Below are positions 1 to 11,932 of a stretch of DNA of 64,000 nt, piece by piece. This DNA comes from Ascidiella aspersa (lineage: Eukaryota). Location: contig OZ004611.1 of assembly GCA_963924565.1 (NCBI GenBank), positions 15,128,001 through 15,192,000 on the forward strand, in the 5' to 3' direction. The translations under genes were made by a program, and so were the position numbers. The notes under the pieces were generated by a model, which saw nothing but the letters and a program-made list of their open reading frames with translations, made no database searches and was not told the origin of the DNA. How positions within the stretch are numbered: the first letter of the stretch is position 1; each line of letters starts with the position of its first letter.

Positions 1-18
1 TTAAATTTTGTTTTGTAG

Positions 19-1348
19 GCGTCACAAACTCATCAATTTCTTTTATGATGGGACATTTTGCAACAACTGTTACTTGTGGAGGTGACCTGGTCTCAATTAT
101 AATGAAGGCCATTAGTCGTTTATATTTTCTTTCCAATCTGTGGTGCATCGCGCTGATAGGTATATAGAGTTGTATTCAATTACAAAAAAAAGAAGTGAAG
201 TAACTTATAAGTGTAGGTTGCGAATATTTTAGTGGACCCTTAATGAACTTATGTATAAAAAAAATCAATATTTGTTTTTCTAAATTATATAATTATGACA
301 AGATTAAACAGTTTGGTTATACTTGAAAAAAGGGGATGGATGTTCAAGGAATCGCCAAATGTTCCAAATACTAAGTGGAACGAACAAAGAAAACATATCC
401 AACCAAGCTCCACACCCACTTGATCCCACAAAGTAATAATAAACTGTAAAATGCATAAACAAAAAAACAATAATAAATGCTAAATAAGAAATTTTGTTAC
501 ATGCTTTCAAAAACATTTTTTTATTGTCACCATTCAAATAATTTTATTTGTTTAGGGAACTTTACTTTATCAGTGATCCTTCCCATTTGATAAAAACGAC
601 CCGCAACAACCTTATTAGCAGCAAACCTTGCGGAACAAAGTATTTGTGGAACGGTGAGGACATGACATGGAGCGTAATATCCGATCTTTATCATGACGCA
701 AGCTCAACAGGACCTGAATCACTAGCAAAATTAAACAAGTTAACGATAAGACACATTTATCCTAATACTTTTGACAAAATGAAAGTCAAGTTTGCCTCGC
801 AAATTTTATCAAATTCTGTTTCTGATGCTGTCAAAATTAAGGGTTCTCCCATATTTGCCAGGTTTTTGAAAATTATGAACGACTTTTTTGACATTTGTAA
901 TTCGTCACGAGGACAGCATAACCCATTAAAAGAACCCTTTTACCAATCTGATGACGCAAGGCTTATTTGGCTGGAAGGTCCCTTCGTTAACTTTTTTAAT
1001 AAATGGCAAGAAAATGTCGAGGTTCGGCGCAACAAAAAAAAAAATGGGGAGGCGTTTACTTCAGCGGAACAGAAAAAGATGCTGCTTTCAAAGGCCACTC
1101 ACCAGGGCATAATTTTAACGGCTCGTTCTCTGGTAGCGGTCACAAGATCGCTATTGGCAGCTGGCGCCGATTACGTAATTTTAAAACGACTGTCCCAAGA
1201 TGTACTTGAGGCATTTTTTGGCCAGGTTCGTGAATCAGGGGGGTACAGTAGGAATCCTAACATAAGTGAATTTGGCCAAAGAATGCACACTATTAATTTT
1301 AATCGATCTCTGAAGCGTAGTTTTAATGGCAGTGTCATTTGTGAGTAA
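19..1348 (+). CDS. Spliced P-element/THAP9-like transposase, 3' part (exons 19-159, 333-432, 556-1348; 5' exons lie upstream of the window)
   Basis: AG/GT-bounded exons join in frame: GVTNSSISFMMGHFATT...LWCIALI|GDGCSRNRQMF...HPLDPTK|ELYFISDPSHLIKTTRNNL...FDKMKVKFASQILSNSV...LSQDVLEAFFGQVRESGG..NP. This gives the DGxxxN, D(2)H and QDxLExFF motifs of P-superfamily transposases, with no stop in the joined frame. Confidence 0.88.
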
Positions 1349-1349
1349 C

Positions 1350-2025
1350 TTTAATTGTTTTAATCTGCGTTTACTTTGCTTTCTTGATATTTTAAACGCA
1401 CGTTGGACAGTTGTGCAAAATAAACCACTCTGTATCAGTAAAAAAAAGACGTTTTCAACATATTCACGTAAATCATCCGTTAGTGGAGTGTGTAGCAGTG
1501 AGGCACCTGTATAGCTACTTGCTGATTTCGAGGCTTCCTCCCAGTAGTACTGTAGTTATTTTGTGCTAAGAGAAGTTTCATAAACCGCTGAAACTGCCTC
1601 AACCGGGGCTGCGTTTTACGTGGTCTTACCCGAGTCCCGAGTCCGACTCCGCAGCCCTGGCCTCAACAGCACCATGTTTTTTTCATTCATGGATTGCAAG
1701 GCCACGAAAATTACGAAAGGATCTCGAGCACAAACTACATGGTTTCCTTTACGGACTCTTCTATTGTTTCTATTTCTATCATTACTTCATCTATTGCTTG
1801 ATAGATATCTTTTAGATCTACGTTCGCTCCAAAATAAGTATCATCTACTTCCATATTATTTATGCCTTATTAAATACCCTACAGTTTATTCCTATACTTT
1901 TTAAAAAAAATAATTTTGTAAAAAAACTTTTTAATAATTTTGTGTAAATGTTATTTTATGCTTCCAAATTTTCAAATTAAATTATTAGCCATGTTCCCAC
2001 CTGAACTACAGTCAACAAAGGCCAT
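1350..2025 (-). pseudogene. Degenerate ORF with a C2H2 zinc finger, convergent on the P transposase
   Basis: The minus strand at ~1680-1745 reads CSLCSRSFRNFRGLAIHE*KKH (C-x2-C-x12-H-x4-H). It continues AVEAVSAVYE... once the 56-bp MITE and one TSD copy are removed. Possible first exon MAFVDCSS at ~2025-2000. In-frame stops are present. Confidence 0.45.
1604..1659. mobile_element. 56-bp hAT-type MITE
   Basis: TIRs CGGGGCTGCG / CGCAGCCCTG; perfect 8-bp TSD GCCTCAAC (1596-1603, 1660-1667); internal CCGAGT/CCGACT repeats. Confidence 0.85.
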
Positions 2026-2287
2026 TGTCGTTTTGTTGTTGATTCTTTTCAAACTTAAGTGAAGCGTGAAACGGCAGAAACAAAAAAACGAGAGAGTTGT
2101 CAAAAACAATGAAAGAGAGAGGGAGAAAAAGAAAAAGGCATCATGGTTATATAGTATCATTGCTTTAACATAGATTTCGAGAAAGACAAAAGAAGTCCAT
2201 AGCTAGAATAACAGGTATTTTGTATGTAAAATTGTTTTTAAAAAACTTAAGGTATGTCATTCTGCTTATTGGTCTGCAGTTAGACTA

Positions 2288-3507
2288 TGAATTTGAGTAA
2301 GCCTACTGCATAGTAAGGAATCAAATTGGGCTGTAGACGGTTAGAAACTTGTAGGCCACACTGTAAATTGTAAACGTGGGATTTTCACCTACATACTGTG
2401 GGTGGAGTTATATTACAACCCTATTAGTGGATTGCTGTAAATCCACCAAATTTAGTTGAAATAGGAGTCTGAAATTTGACTTACACGCTATTTACATTTT
2501 AATTAGTTTCTCCTAAATTTATTTCATTTTACCTTTATCTTAATCGATAAGAACTTTATTTCTTTTATTTAAAATGGTTTTAATTTTACAGAAAGAAAAC
2601 TACAACTATCATTACTAATTTCTGAAAATTTGGACCATTTCCAGTTTTCTAAACAAGATGGACTTTGTCTGGTCAACAAAATCAAAGATCAAATAGTCAG
2701 GGTTCCTTTCTGTAAGGATTGCTTTGTGGTCAAATGACTACATCTTGTCAACTTGCATATCACTCCAAAATGTATATGAGTAAGTTGTCGAATACCCCAA
2801 AGCTTTAGTTATCTGAGCAATATTAAACTATATTTTCATACCCGATTACCATATACCGCAACTTTGTTGGAATTTGTTAGATATGGAAGCTAGATTTTTT
2901 CTTTGACTACGGCTTTAGTGAATGTGAATTAAGGGTCTCATACACTGGCTTACTGCAAAAACCAACTATGTAATGAATTAAAGGTACATGCCATAAAATG
3001 CCACAATATTTCAATCTTACTCCAAAGGCTTATATTGTATCTGAGGTATTTGTAATTGTGTCCTGTAATACTAGACAACGCTCAAAAGATGTAGTTTTTT
3101 ATCACTGTGCCGAACTTCTAGGTTGTTTTGTTGTTACGGAATTAGTTTATACTCTTATGTGTAGATGTTAATATGTATGAAATTTTTATACTATTTTATT
3201 TTTGTTGCTTTTTACTTGATTGCTAAGTTAGCAATTTTGTAATGAGGGCAGATTTTGTATGCTGAAAATAAATACCACTACAAATTATTGGCACAAATTT
3301 GCTCTTTTGATTATATTTTTGTCTGGAAAATCTTTTGGATACCTGGATTTATTTTAATCGTTTTGAATACTTGCTTACTATTGTCGTTTTTCAATTATAC
3401 CCTGGTAAGTGGTAACAAGTATACTTGAATTTGAGTAAGCCTACTGCGTAGTAAGGAATCAAATTGGGCTGTAGACGGTTAGAAACTTGTAGGCCACACT
3501 GTAAATT
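2288..3507 (+). repeat. 82-bp direct repeat pair (2288-2369 and 3426-3507)
   Basis: TGAATTTGAGTAAGCCTACTGC...GGCCACACTGTAAATT occurs twice, with one mismatch seen. Confidence 0.9.
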
Positions 3508-3744
3508 CATATTTTATTCATATTTATTTATTTATATGCCAATTGCCAACGTATACAATTGATGCTGTCATTGGTCATTGCCCAACATTCTTCTTGCCTA
3601 CACTTTGTCAATTTTTCACGTCATTTATGTGCGAAAAAGTCGTTTTATGATGTTTCTATTGGTATGGTATGTAAGGACTCCAGCCATACGACCAAACAAG
3701 GCCAACGTCAGAATGAAACACAATTCGGAATAAAGCTGCAATAG

Positions 3745-4215
3745 ACTAATACCTTTTGGTATTAGTACTGTCTAAATCGGAATAAGTCCTAAATCTCTCG
3801 GAATAAGACCTAAAAGGTCATATTCAGGCCTAAACAACACTTTAACTAACCCGGTACATCACTAACTACCCTAAAAACTTAAACACTAACCCATGTTCTA
3901 ACTCCACCTATTACCCACCAATAATTCCGAACAGGACCAAAAATCCGGTGCCAAAACACCGGCGCCTTGACGACGCCGGTCAGACTAGGGCGTCCAAACG
4001 TAGTCACCAAAACGGCCGATGCCAGACCTTCCCATACCCTCCCGGCTCGGACGAATTTATGCCTTTTTCCGATCAATTTAGGCCTTATTCCGACAGATTT
4101 AGGTCTTATTCAGACGATTTTGATATTATGCTGTACTGGATATTACTGCGTATTTGGCTTTATATATTTTTCTTTAGGTATTGTTGCTTTTTAGGTCTTA
4201 TTGTGTGTTCCCGTA
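3745..4215. mobile_element. Foldback/MITE-like element with inverted subterminal repeats
   Basis: GGAATAAGWCCTAAA repeats at 3779-3815 are mirrored by TTTAGGYCTTATT repeats at 4077-4202; TAACCC-type motifs inside. Termini and TSD not resolved. Confidence 0.5.
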
Positions 4216-5344
4216 TGTAATAACATCGTATCAAATTAAGTACCCTGTATTTGGTTGTCGCACTCTGTAAATCTGCTGCCATACAGCATACACGAATGTG
4301 CACGACTTGTGCACACGTTGCCCGCGTTGCTATTTCGCTATAGCGTGCTTAAGGCGCAGTAATTATTGGTTTACGTTGGAATGATGATTGCATTCTGCGT
4401 CCTATATAACCGTGTGTGTTTTTCGATCTTTCATACTACATTACTTCTATGCCCATGAGCCCATGACCTTCTACGAATACAACACTTTTGTACTTTTGTC
4501 AATGAAAGACTGACTGTTCTAGTAGTATTTTTTTTGTCTTTGGTTTTTACATATTTCTTCCTAATGTAAAGTATTAACCGCATTTGAGAGTCCAACCTCT
4601 ACTTTTGGTAGTATGTAATGTTTGTGGCGTGGAAAACCAGTGATCCAGCTATTAATGCTACATTGCTAAGAGTAAAATCGTAAAAATGGATGACTTCTGG
4701 TGCCACCTTGCGGAATCCTTGAACATGTTTTAACAGCAAAACCTGTTTAACCACGTTTTTATGTTTAAAGATTATAACTAAACAACCAATTGACCTTTCA
4801 ACGAACTTACTACGTGCTACACCGCCGTTTTTTATGAGGAAAAGGCAAAACACGAATTACTTAGTTTTAGCGTTTAAACGTAGGCTATGATAAATTTGAG
4901 AATTTTTTAGATTTTACGAGGTAGGTCCATTGCTTAATCCACTTTTTGTAACCTAATTTTATTTAAGTCCCTTGAAGTTCAACTCGATGCTAGCTTGCTG
5001 AGCACGAAATTCACATTAGCGTGATTTTAACTTATAAAAAGATAAGTAACTGTATCCTAAAGAGAAACTTGGCAATTTTGTCCGTCTCAAACCGAGGATA
5101 TAGCTAATTTGCGATAATGTTTTGTGATAAGTTCGCCTGTTAAAACAAAATAAAGAAGATATTTATTGAAACTCGTACAGAAACTTTTATTAAACAGTTT
5201 TTAACACAGTTTGGTCGAACAGGATCTTTAAAATTGCTTTGGACTGATATTGCATTCAGAAATAAACTTTCAACCAGAAAAGTCAAGAGCTTTGATTCCC
5301 TGCTTTTCGGGAAATTCACGCAAGACAACTATAAAGCTTCACAT

Positions 5345-6405
5345 ATATCTCGATCATTAAATAAATGAGTCAATCGTGATAGGTATAACTCGATCGTGAA
5401 ATAAATGATTCGATCTTAAAATCTAAATCTCAATCGTGAAATACATAAGTCGACCTCGATAGGTATACCTCGCTTATGAAATAAATGAGTCGATCGACCT
5501 TGAAATATGAATCTCGATCGTGAAATAAATATAGGTCGATCTCGATAGGTATATCTCCATCGTGAAATAATATTCAATCTCGATAGGTAAAGCCTACCTA
5601 GATCGTGAAATAAATTTGTCGACCTCGATGTAGGTATATCTCGATTATGAAATAAATGAGTCGACCTTGAAATCGTAATCTCGATTGTGAAATAAATGAG
5701 TCGACCTTGAAATCTAAATCTCGATCGTGAAACAATATTCAATCTCGATAGGTAAATAAGTCGATCTCGGTAGGTATACCTCGCTTATGAAATAAATCAG
5801 TTGGCCTTGAAATCTAAACCTCGATCGTGAAATAAATAGGTCGTCCTTGAAACCTAAATCTCGATTGTGAAACAATATTCAATCTCGATAGGTAAATAAG
5901 TCGATCTTGATAGATATACCTCGCTTATGAAATAAATCAGTCGGCCTTGAAATCTAAATCTCAATCGTGAAATAATATTCAATCTCGATAGGTAAAGCCT
6001 ACCCCGATCGTGAAATAAATAAGTCGACCTCGATAGGTATACCTCGCTTATGAAATAAATGAGTCGACCTTGAAATCTAAATCTCAATCGTGAAATAATA
6101 TTCAATCTCGATAGGTAAAGCCTACCTCGACGTGAAATAAATAAGTCGACCTTAAAATCTAAACCTCGATCGTGAAATAATATTCAATCTCGTTAGGTAA
6201 AGCCTACCTACCTCGATCGTGAAATAAACGAGTAGATCTCGATCGTGAAATAATTGAGTCGATCTTAAAATCTAAATCTCAATCGTGAAATAATATTCAA
6301 TCTCGATAGGTAAAGCCTACCTCGATCGTGAAATAAATAAGTCGACCTCGATAGGTATACCTCGCTTATGAAATAAATGAGTCGACCTTGAAATCTAAAT
6401 CTCTG
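5345..6405. repeat. Satellite/minisatellite, ~40-bp unit with a 123-bp higher-order repeat
   Basis: Alternating ~26-nt (CTCGATCGTGAAATAAATRAGTCGAC) and ~14-nt (CTCGATAGGTATAC or CTTGAAATCTAAAT) modules; 123-bp period, e.g. 5946 to 6069. Confidence 0.92.
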
Positions 6406-7844
6406 GAGATAGAAATATGTGGTAGGTATTAAGCGGATTATGTGAACACTTTTGGCAAACAAATATGTAACAGGTATAGATCTTTTTTAGACCGTAACAC
6501 GTGAAACTGCGTATGTTTCGTTTCGATATTTAACTAGATAACATTGAGAACACAGTACTACTAAAACAAAACAAAAATATGTTAAAAAGAAAAAATTGTG
6601 TGAAAGCGACAGAATAACGTATACAACGTAATAAAATAAACACATCGCACAAAAATCAGTGTGACATTATGAAAAATACATCAGACTAGTAACTTCTGTT
6701 CAATAAATTCTACACCTAATAATATCGAGTGCGACATAATCCGATCAGAATATATTTTAAATCGCAGCTGTAACAACTAAACTAGCTGGGACAGGGAACG
6801 GGACGATTAGCAGTGTATTTTGGTCGCTGAACTATTTGTCGTCAAGTAGGGTTAAGGTAAATAAGGGTTAAGAATGCGATAAGATACGAGTTTGAAGTGT
6901 TTTTTTCGTTTGTTGAGGGTCACAGAACAAAATAAATTACATTTATTAAAAAAAACACCTATAAAATTATATTTTTATGCGACGTCAAAAAACAGGGATC
7001 GTGCTGAAGCCAACTGAACTCGTGTGCAAATGTGCTAAAATCAAGGCTACATACTTCTACGTCAAACCCTGTGGTTAAGAACCACCGCTCTACGTTTTAT
7101 TTAGAGCGGAACAAGCCACCTGGCCACACAATTTTTTCAAAACACAAAAAATTCTATTCAATATGTTTTTCAATTCGAAAAAAAAAAAAAAATTAAGTAA
7201 TTTGGCATAACTTTTACAAAATGCTTTAATTTCCACGTCTAGGGGTGTATCACGGGATACTTTTTATCCCAATACCAGTACCTAATTTTGAAAAAAAGAT
7301 CTCGATCTGAACGGATACCAAAAGACGTCATTATTTTGCTAAACAAACAAATTATCAAATGTTCAAAGGCAATTTTCTATTATTAACCTATACTGTTTTA
7401 AAAGAAATGACCTTTTAAAATAGAAAAACTATTTCTATATTAATTTTGAAATGCATTAGCATCGACCAACCTACAAATATACCAATTGCTATATGGTATT
7501 GCCTCAAGCCAATATAATCAGACACCATTTCCCACTGGCACTAGCCATTGACCAAATAAAAATATATAATAAAAAGATTTCCAAAAGAGATAATTTCTGC
7601 ATTTTTTTAATATTTAAAATAGGTCGGGGGTATGGCTTAAATTTCACCTGTAAGGGAGTTCATGCGTGACATTCTGTAAAAAAAGTTTTTATGTCCTTTC
7701 CCAGAGTAAGTTTTCATGAATGATTGATGAAGCTGATAAAAGTTGCTGATATTGCGACTGTAATGATCATCAAAGCATTAAGCAAGCAAATTGCCACATT
7801 TGTAGATCTTTGAAACAGTTGACACTTTTCTATAAAACAAAGTT

Positions 7845-8049
7845 GGGCGCTGGTCTAGAATCCTACCACAACGTTGAAATAAATATTAAGCAATGCATAA
7901 TATGTGGGTTAGGGTGTCGGTTAGTGTTTGGGTGTGGGTAGGTCAAGTAATATTGTTTAACACTATTACTGGACTCACCCAAACCCAAACGCTAACCGAC
8001 ACCCTAACCCAAATAATGTTCGTTATGGTAGGATTCTAGACGAGCGCCC
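7845..8049. mobile_element. 205-bp palindromic MITE with a 6-bp TSD
   Basis: TIR GGGCGCTGGTCTAGAATCCTACCA / TGGTAGGATTCTAGACGAGCGCCC; second internal inverted repeat (GGGTTAGGGTGTCGGTTAG.. / ..CTAACCGACACCCTAACCC); TSD AAAGTT on both sides. Confidence 0.88.
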
Positions 8050-9394
8050 AAAGTTGTAGTTTTCTGACTATTAAATTTAAACTATATTAATTAATGCATA
8101 GGTGACCAAGAAAATAGAAATGTAAGAGTCATTCGCTCCATATTAGTGTTTCTCAACCTATGTATCGTGCCTGAATTGGGTCACAATTTGATTTGGTTTG
8201 GTTGCCTTCACAAGTTAGACTAAAATTGCAAATAGCACAAAGCAAGGTTTCTTTAAAATTTGAGAATACTTTGGAGAAAATACAACACACGGCCCACATT
8301 GGTGGAATTCAACTTCATTTATGCTATTTGTCTTATGTTTTGTTCAATTTCAGTAAAGATAATTCGTTCGCCAAAACTTTGCTGTTGTATTTACATTTAT
8401 TATTCGGGTTGATGCAAAAAAATGTTTAAAAAACACTACTCTATTATAATCTACCTTGAACTGGCATATTGTTTAAAAAAAACATGTTGTGCAAATAGTA
8501 TTTAAAGTTTTTGTTTATAAATCAGTAAATTTTAGACCCCACCATGCAAAACAAATATATGGGGAAAAAATTAACTTTACTAAAAGTCAAGCAGTTTTAA
8601 TATCAAAATATTACTTGTTAGGATAAATAAAATGCTCAAAAAACTTTTTGTTGGTCTGATCTGATTTTGTTCCAAAACAAAGTCATGTATATAATACTAT
8701 CAACAGGTTAATACATATTGTTTTCTCTGAAATGTAATAATATTTTTTTACATATAATGTGAATTACAAAAATTACACAGGAATAGTCTCCAATAATAAA
8801 AAAAAAATTTATAGGAGTTTAACTAAACCACCTTTCTTCACTTATAAATATCATAAAACTGAAGTTTTATTTATCATATTGACAACCAGCTTAAAACAGG
8901 CTTACTAAACTAAACTAAATGCTGGCTGGGTTTTAAGTTTAAAATAAAATGCATATATACTATGTCCTGTATAAAATCAAAGCTTTAAAAAAAAACAAGT
9001 TGCATAGTGCAACTACCTAAGAAGTTGAAGTGCTATATTCAGAAGTAGTCAAAAGTAAGAGCTTTTTGATTGCTATACGCCATACCTTATACTAATCCAC
9101 TTAATGGTGACAAATAAGATTGATCTGGAGCAGTGGAGCATATACTTACAATTTTGTTTACTGTATAATAAATGTATAATGACATGGGCTGGCGGCTATT
9201 CATCAATGATTAGTGGAAAAATATATATAATGCAGGAGAGTTGTTTATTTATGACAAGTAAGTAGTTTTTAAAAACAAACAAACTTCGACATAATATCTT
9301 CCAAGTTACTATTTACAACATAAATGGAGATTTTCATCAAGGTTTTTCACATGGATTTATGGGCTAAAAAATGTTAAGTTAAATTGGTTATCAA

Positions 9395-10034
9395 GAGGGC
9401 GATTATACTTTGACTTGTCAAAAAAAGTAAAAATTTTGTCAAAATTTACATGCTAGATTAAAATTATTTTAAGTAAAGATTTTATCCTAAAAAATCAGTT
9501 CTGAATTATATTTAATGACATTTTGACTGTATTATATATATCTGATTAGAGCAATATTACGGAATATGCGAGCCGGCAGAATTAACCACCCAGATCTAGT
9601 TTATCGCATAAGGTTTGAAATTTTTCCCTCATGATTTGCAGTTATCCCGTTTACTATTTCGATAATATGCTAGGTAATTTTCTGCAATTATTTTACCTTG
9701 TATTTTAACTGTTTACACAACATTTTTCTAAAAACAACAGCGGTTTGTTTTTCTTTGGCAGTTGTTTTTTCTTTTTTAAATGATAAAAATATCAACTATA
9801 AGCATTTTTTAACTAGTTTTGATAAATCCGAAAAATAACAAATTTGTCTTTAACCGGTAGTAAATAAACATCAAAAACATGTGATTGACGACGCCGAAAC
9901 AATTTTGCAGTACTTCAAACCACAATGTGTTGTTTAAATCAATATGTATTTCTAATAGGTCAAAATTTTCAAGCCAAAATTTCAATTTTTTACATTAAAA
10001 TTTCTCATTTTTTCGTCAAAAAATATTAGCCCTA
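9395..10034. mobile_element. hAT-like non-autonomous element; a diverged partial second copy lies at ~10380-10824
   Basis: Termini GAGGGCG.. / ..GCCCTA; degenerate 8-bp TSD GTTATCAA/GATATCAG; 9630-10034 aligns by eye with 10390-10824, which also ends GCCCTA. Confidence 0.6.
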
Positions 10035-11567
10035 GATATCAGTGGTTTAAAAACTAAAATTTTGAGAAACGCCATGGTCCATGGTGAGATCACACTCAAA
10101 GATAGGGTGAGCAATGTTAGGAAAGCCTTGCAGCTAGAATTGCTAATGCTAAGGTTAGAAGCACGATTAGAATGGGGGCATGGGTGGGGTTATTGACAGT
10201 GGTTGGAATCAAATCATAACATATGGTTATCTTATTAGCAGTATAGAATATTGGCAAGGAATTTGCAAAAAAATAAAAAAACTGAAACAAGTTCATAAAA
10301 AATGCAGCCTGAACTTGGTTTTGCATTTTATAGTTATTTATCTCTAATTTGGACAATTATATTGAACAGTATTTGCCGTTTTTTCGCTTGATATGTGCAA
10401 TTATCCCATGTCCTATTTCAATAAATAGGTCTGTGTTAATTTTTTGCAAATATTTTTACCTTTTATTTCAACTGTTCACACAACATTTTTTTAATAAACA
10501 AGCGACTTGTTTTTCTTTGAGATTTTTATAGTTGTTCATCTTTATCAAAATGACAAAAATATCAACTAATCATTTGCATGAGTTTCGCATAAAATCGAAA
10601 AATAACTGATTTGTTGTCCACCGGTATAGTCAGTAAAACATCTAAAACAAGTGGTTGTCGTCACCAAGATACTAATGCAGTTCTTCAAACAACAATATGT
10701 TGTTCAAATCAATGTATTGATATAGATCAAAATTTTGTGAAATAAAAATATTTTTTGGTTAAAATTTGTCAAAATTTTAATTTTTAAGGTTAAAATTTAA
10801 CATTTAAAAAAAATAACCGCCCTAGTAATAAAGAATAGGTTTGTTTTTAGAGTGGTTGTATGGCTTTGTATTGTAATGTTACAGCACAATACATTGAAAA
10901 CACATGTGGTTGTAGATAATAAAATACAAGTCTTCGCTAAAATCTTAAGAACCCAGATTTCAAACATTGGATATCGGTAGGGATGTTTGATTCTTCATAT
11001 ATCATTATAATACTTAAATCAAAGCGCATGCAGAAGGTATCATTGTGAAAGTTTTTTTAATATATTTTCAACATAGTTCTACATATAACATTCTACTACT
11101 GATACAGGATATTTTATATACTCAATAATGCCACCATTACTTCAAGCAAAATAGTTTCCCAGGTTCCCGAACTATCCAGCGACCATATAACAGTTTTAGC
11201 ATAATTTATAGCTAATTGCATTTAAATGTTGGTAAGTTATAACGCATGTGAGAGTCAATTACAAGCAGTGATGCATTTTACATACTAGGCTACTATTTAC
11301 GCATCTTTACAATAGAATATTGTCCTGCATTAAAGTTGCGGGGTATGCCAGGTTCAACATTCAAATATTTGGAATTGTGTGTAAATATGAATCAGTAATT
11401 TGAAAACCTTATTTTTTTTTAAAAGTGAGTTATTGTAGATTTTGAATTGTACATAAAACCATGGTTGCACACCTAAAAGTTTGGCTCTGCACACACCAAG
11501 TCTCAGCAAAAAGTGTCATGAAATGGAGACCGACAGTCACAGGTGTGTATGGATGACACTCTCTTGA

Positions 11568-11792
11568 GGCCCATTTACACTACAGCTGCACTGGGCATAA
11601 AAAGTCGCTCAAAAATGTAATGGTTTTCTATAGCTGCACTGGGAATAATTTTAGCAAAGCGTGAAAATCTCTCCAAAGCGTATTTTTTCCCAGCGGCACG
11701 AGGCTTGAGTTTAGCAAAGCGTGAAACGTTTGCCATATAGAATTTAAATGCAAGTTACGCTTTGCTCAGTGCAGCTGGAGTGTAAACGGGCA
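11568..11792. mobile_element. PIF/Harbinger-like MITE
   Basis: ~29-bp TIR GCCCATTTACACTACAGCTGCACTGGGCA / TGCTCAGTGCAGCTGGAGTGTAAACGGGC; internal TTTAGCAAAGCGTGAAA repeats. TSD unclear. Confidence 0.75.
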
Positions 11793-11932
11793 TTTACATT
11801 CAATATTTTTAGTCTTGGGTTTTGTTTCCTATATTTGGATATATAATTAACAAGAAACCTCCTAATTGTACAGAAACAAACTTTATGGTGTCAAGGTGTG
11901 CAATTAAGGGTTGACGCACAAAGAGTTCAAAG

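Noticed and set aside
5345-6405. CRISPR-like array
   Set aside because: The intervening segments are themselves repeated modules rather than unique spacers; no cas genes; eukaryotic context. The ORFs here are repeat artefacts.
7900-8012. Interstitial telomeric repeat
   Set aside because: Only isolated TTAGGG/CCCTAA motifs inside MITE arms, not a tandem array.
10117-11400. Host gene exons (hydrophobic C-terminus ..ILIVLLTLALAILAARLS and coding-like patches)
   Set aside because: No consistent splice chain or recognisable domain; frequent stops; interleaved with MITEs.
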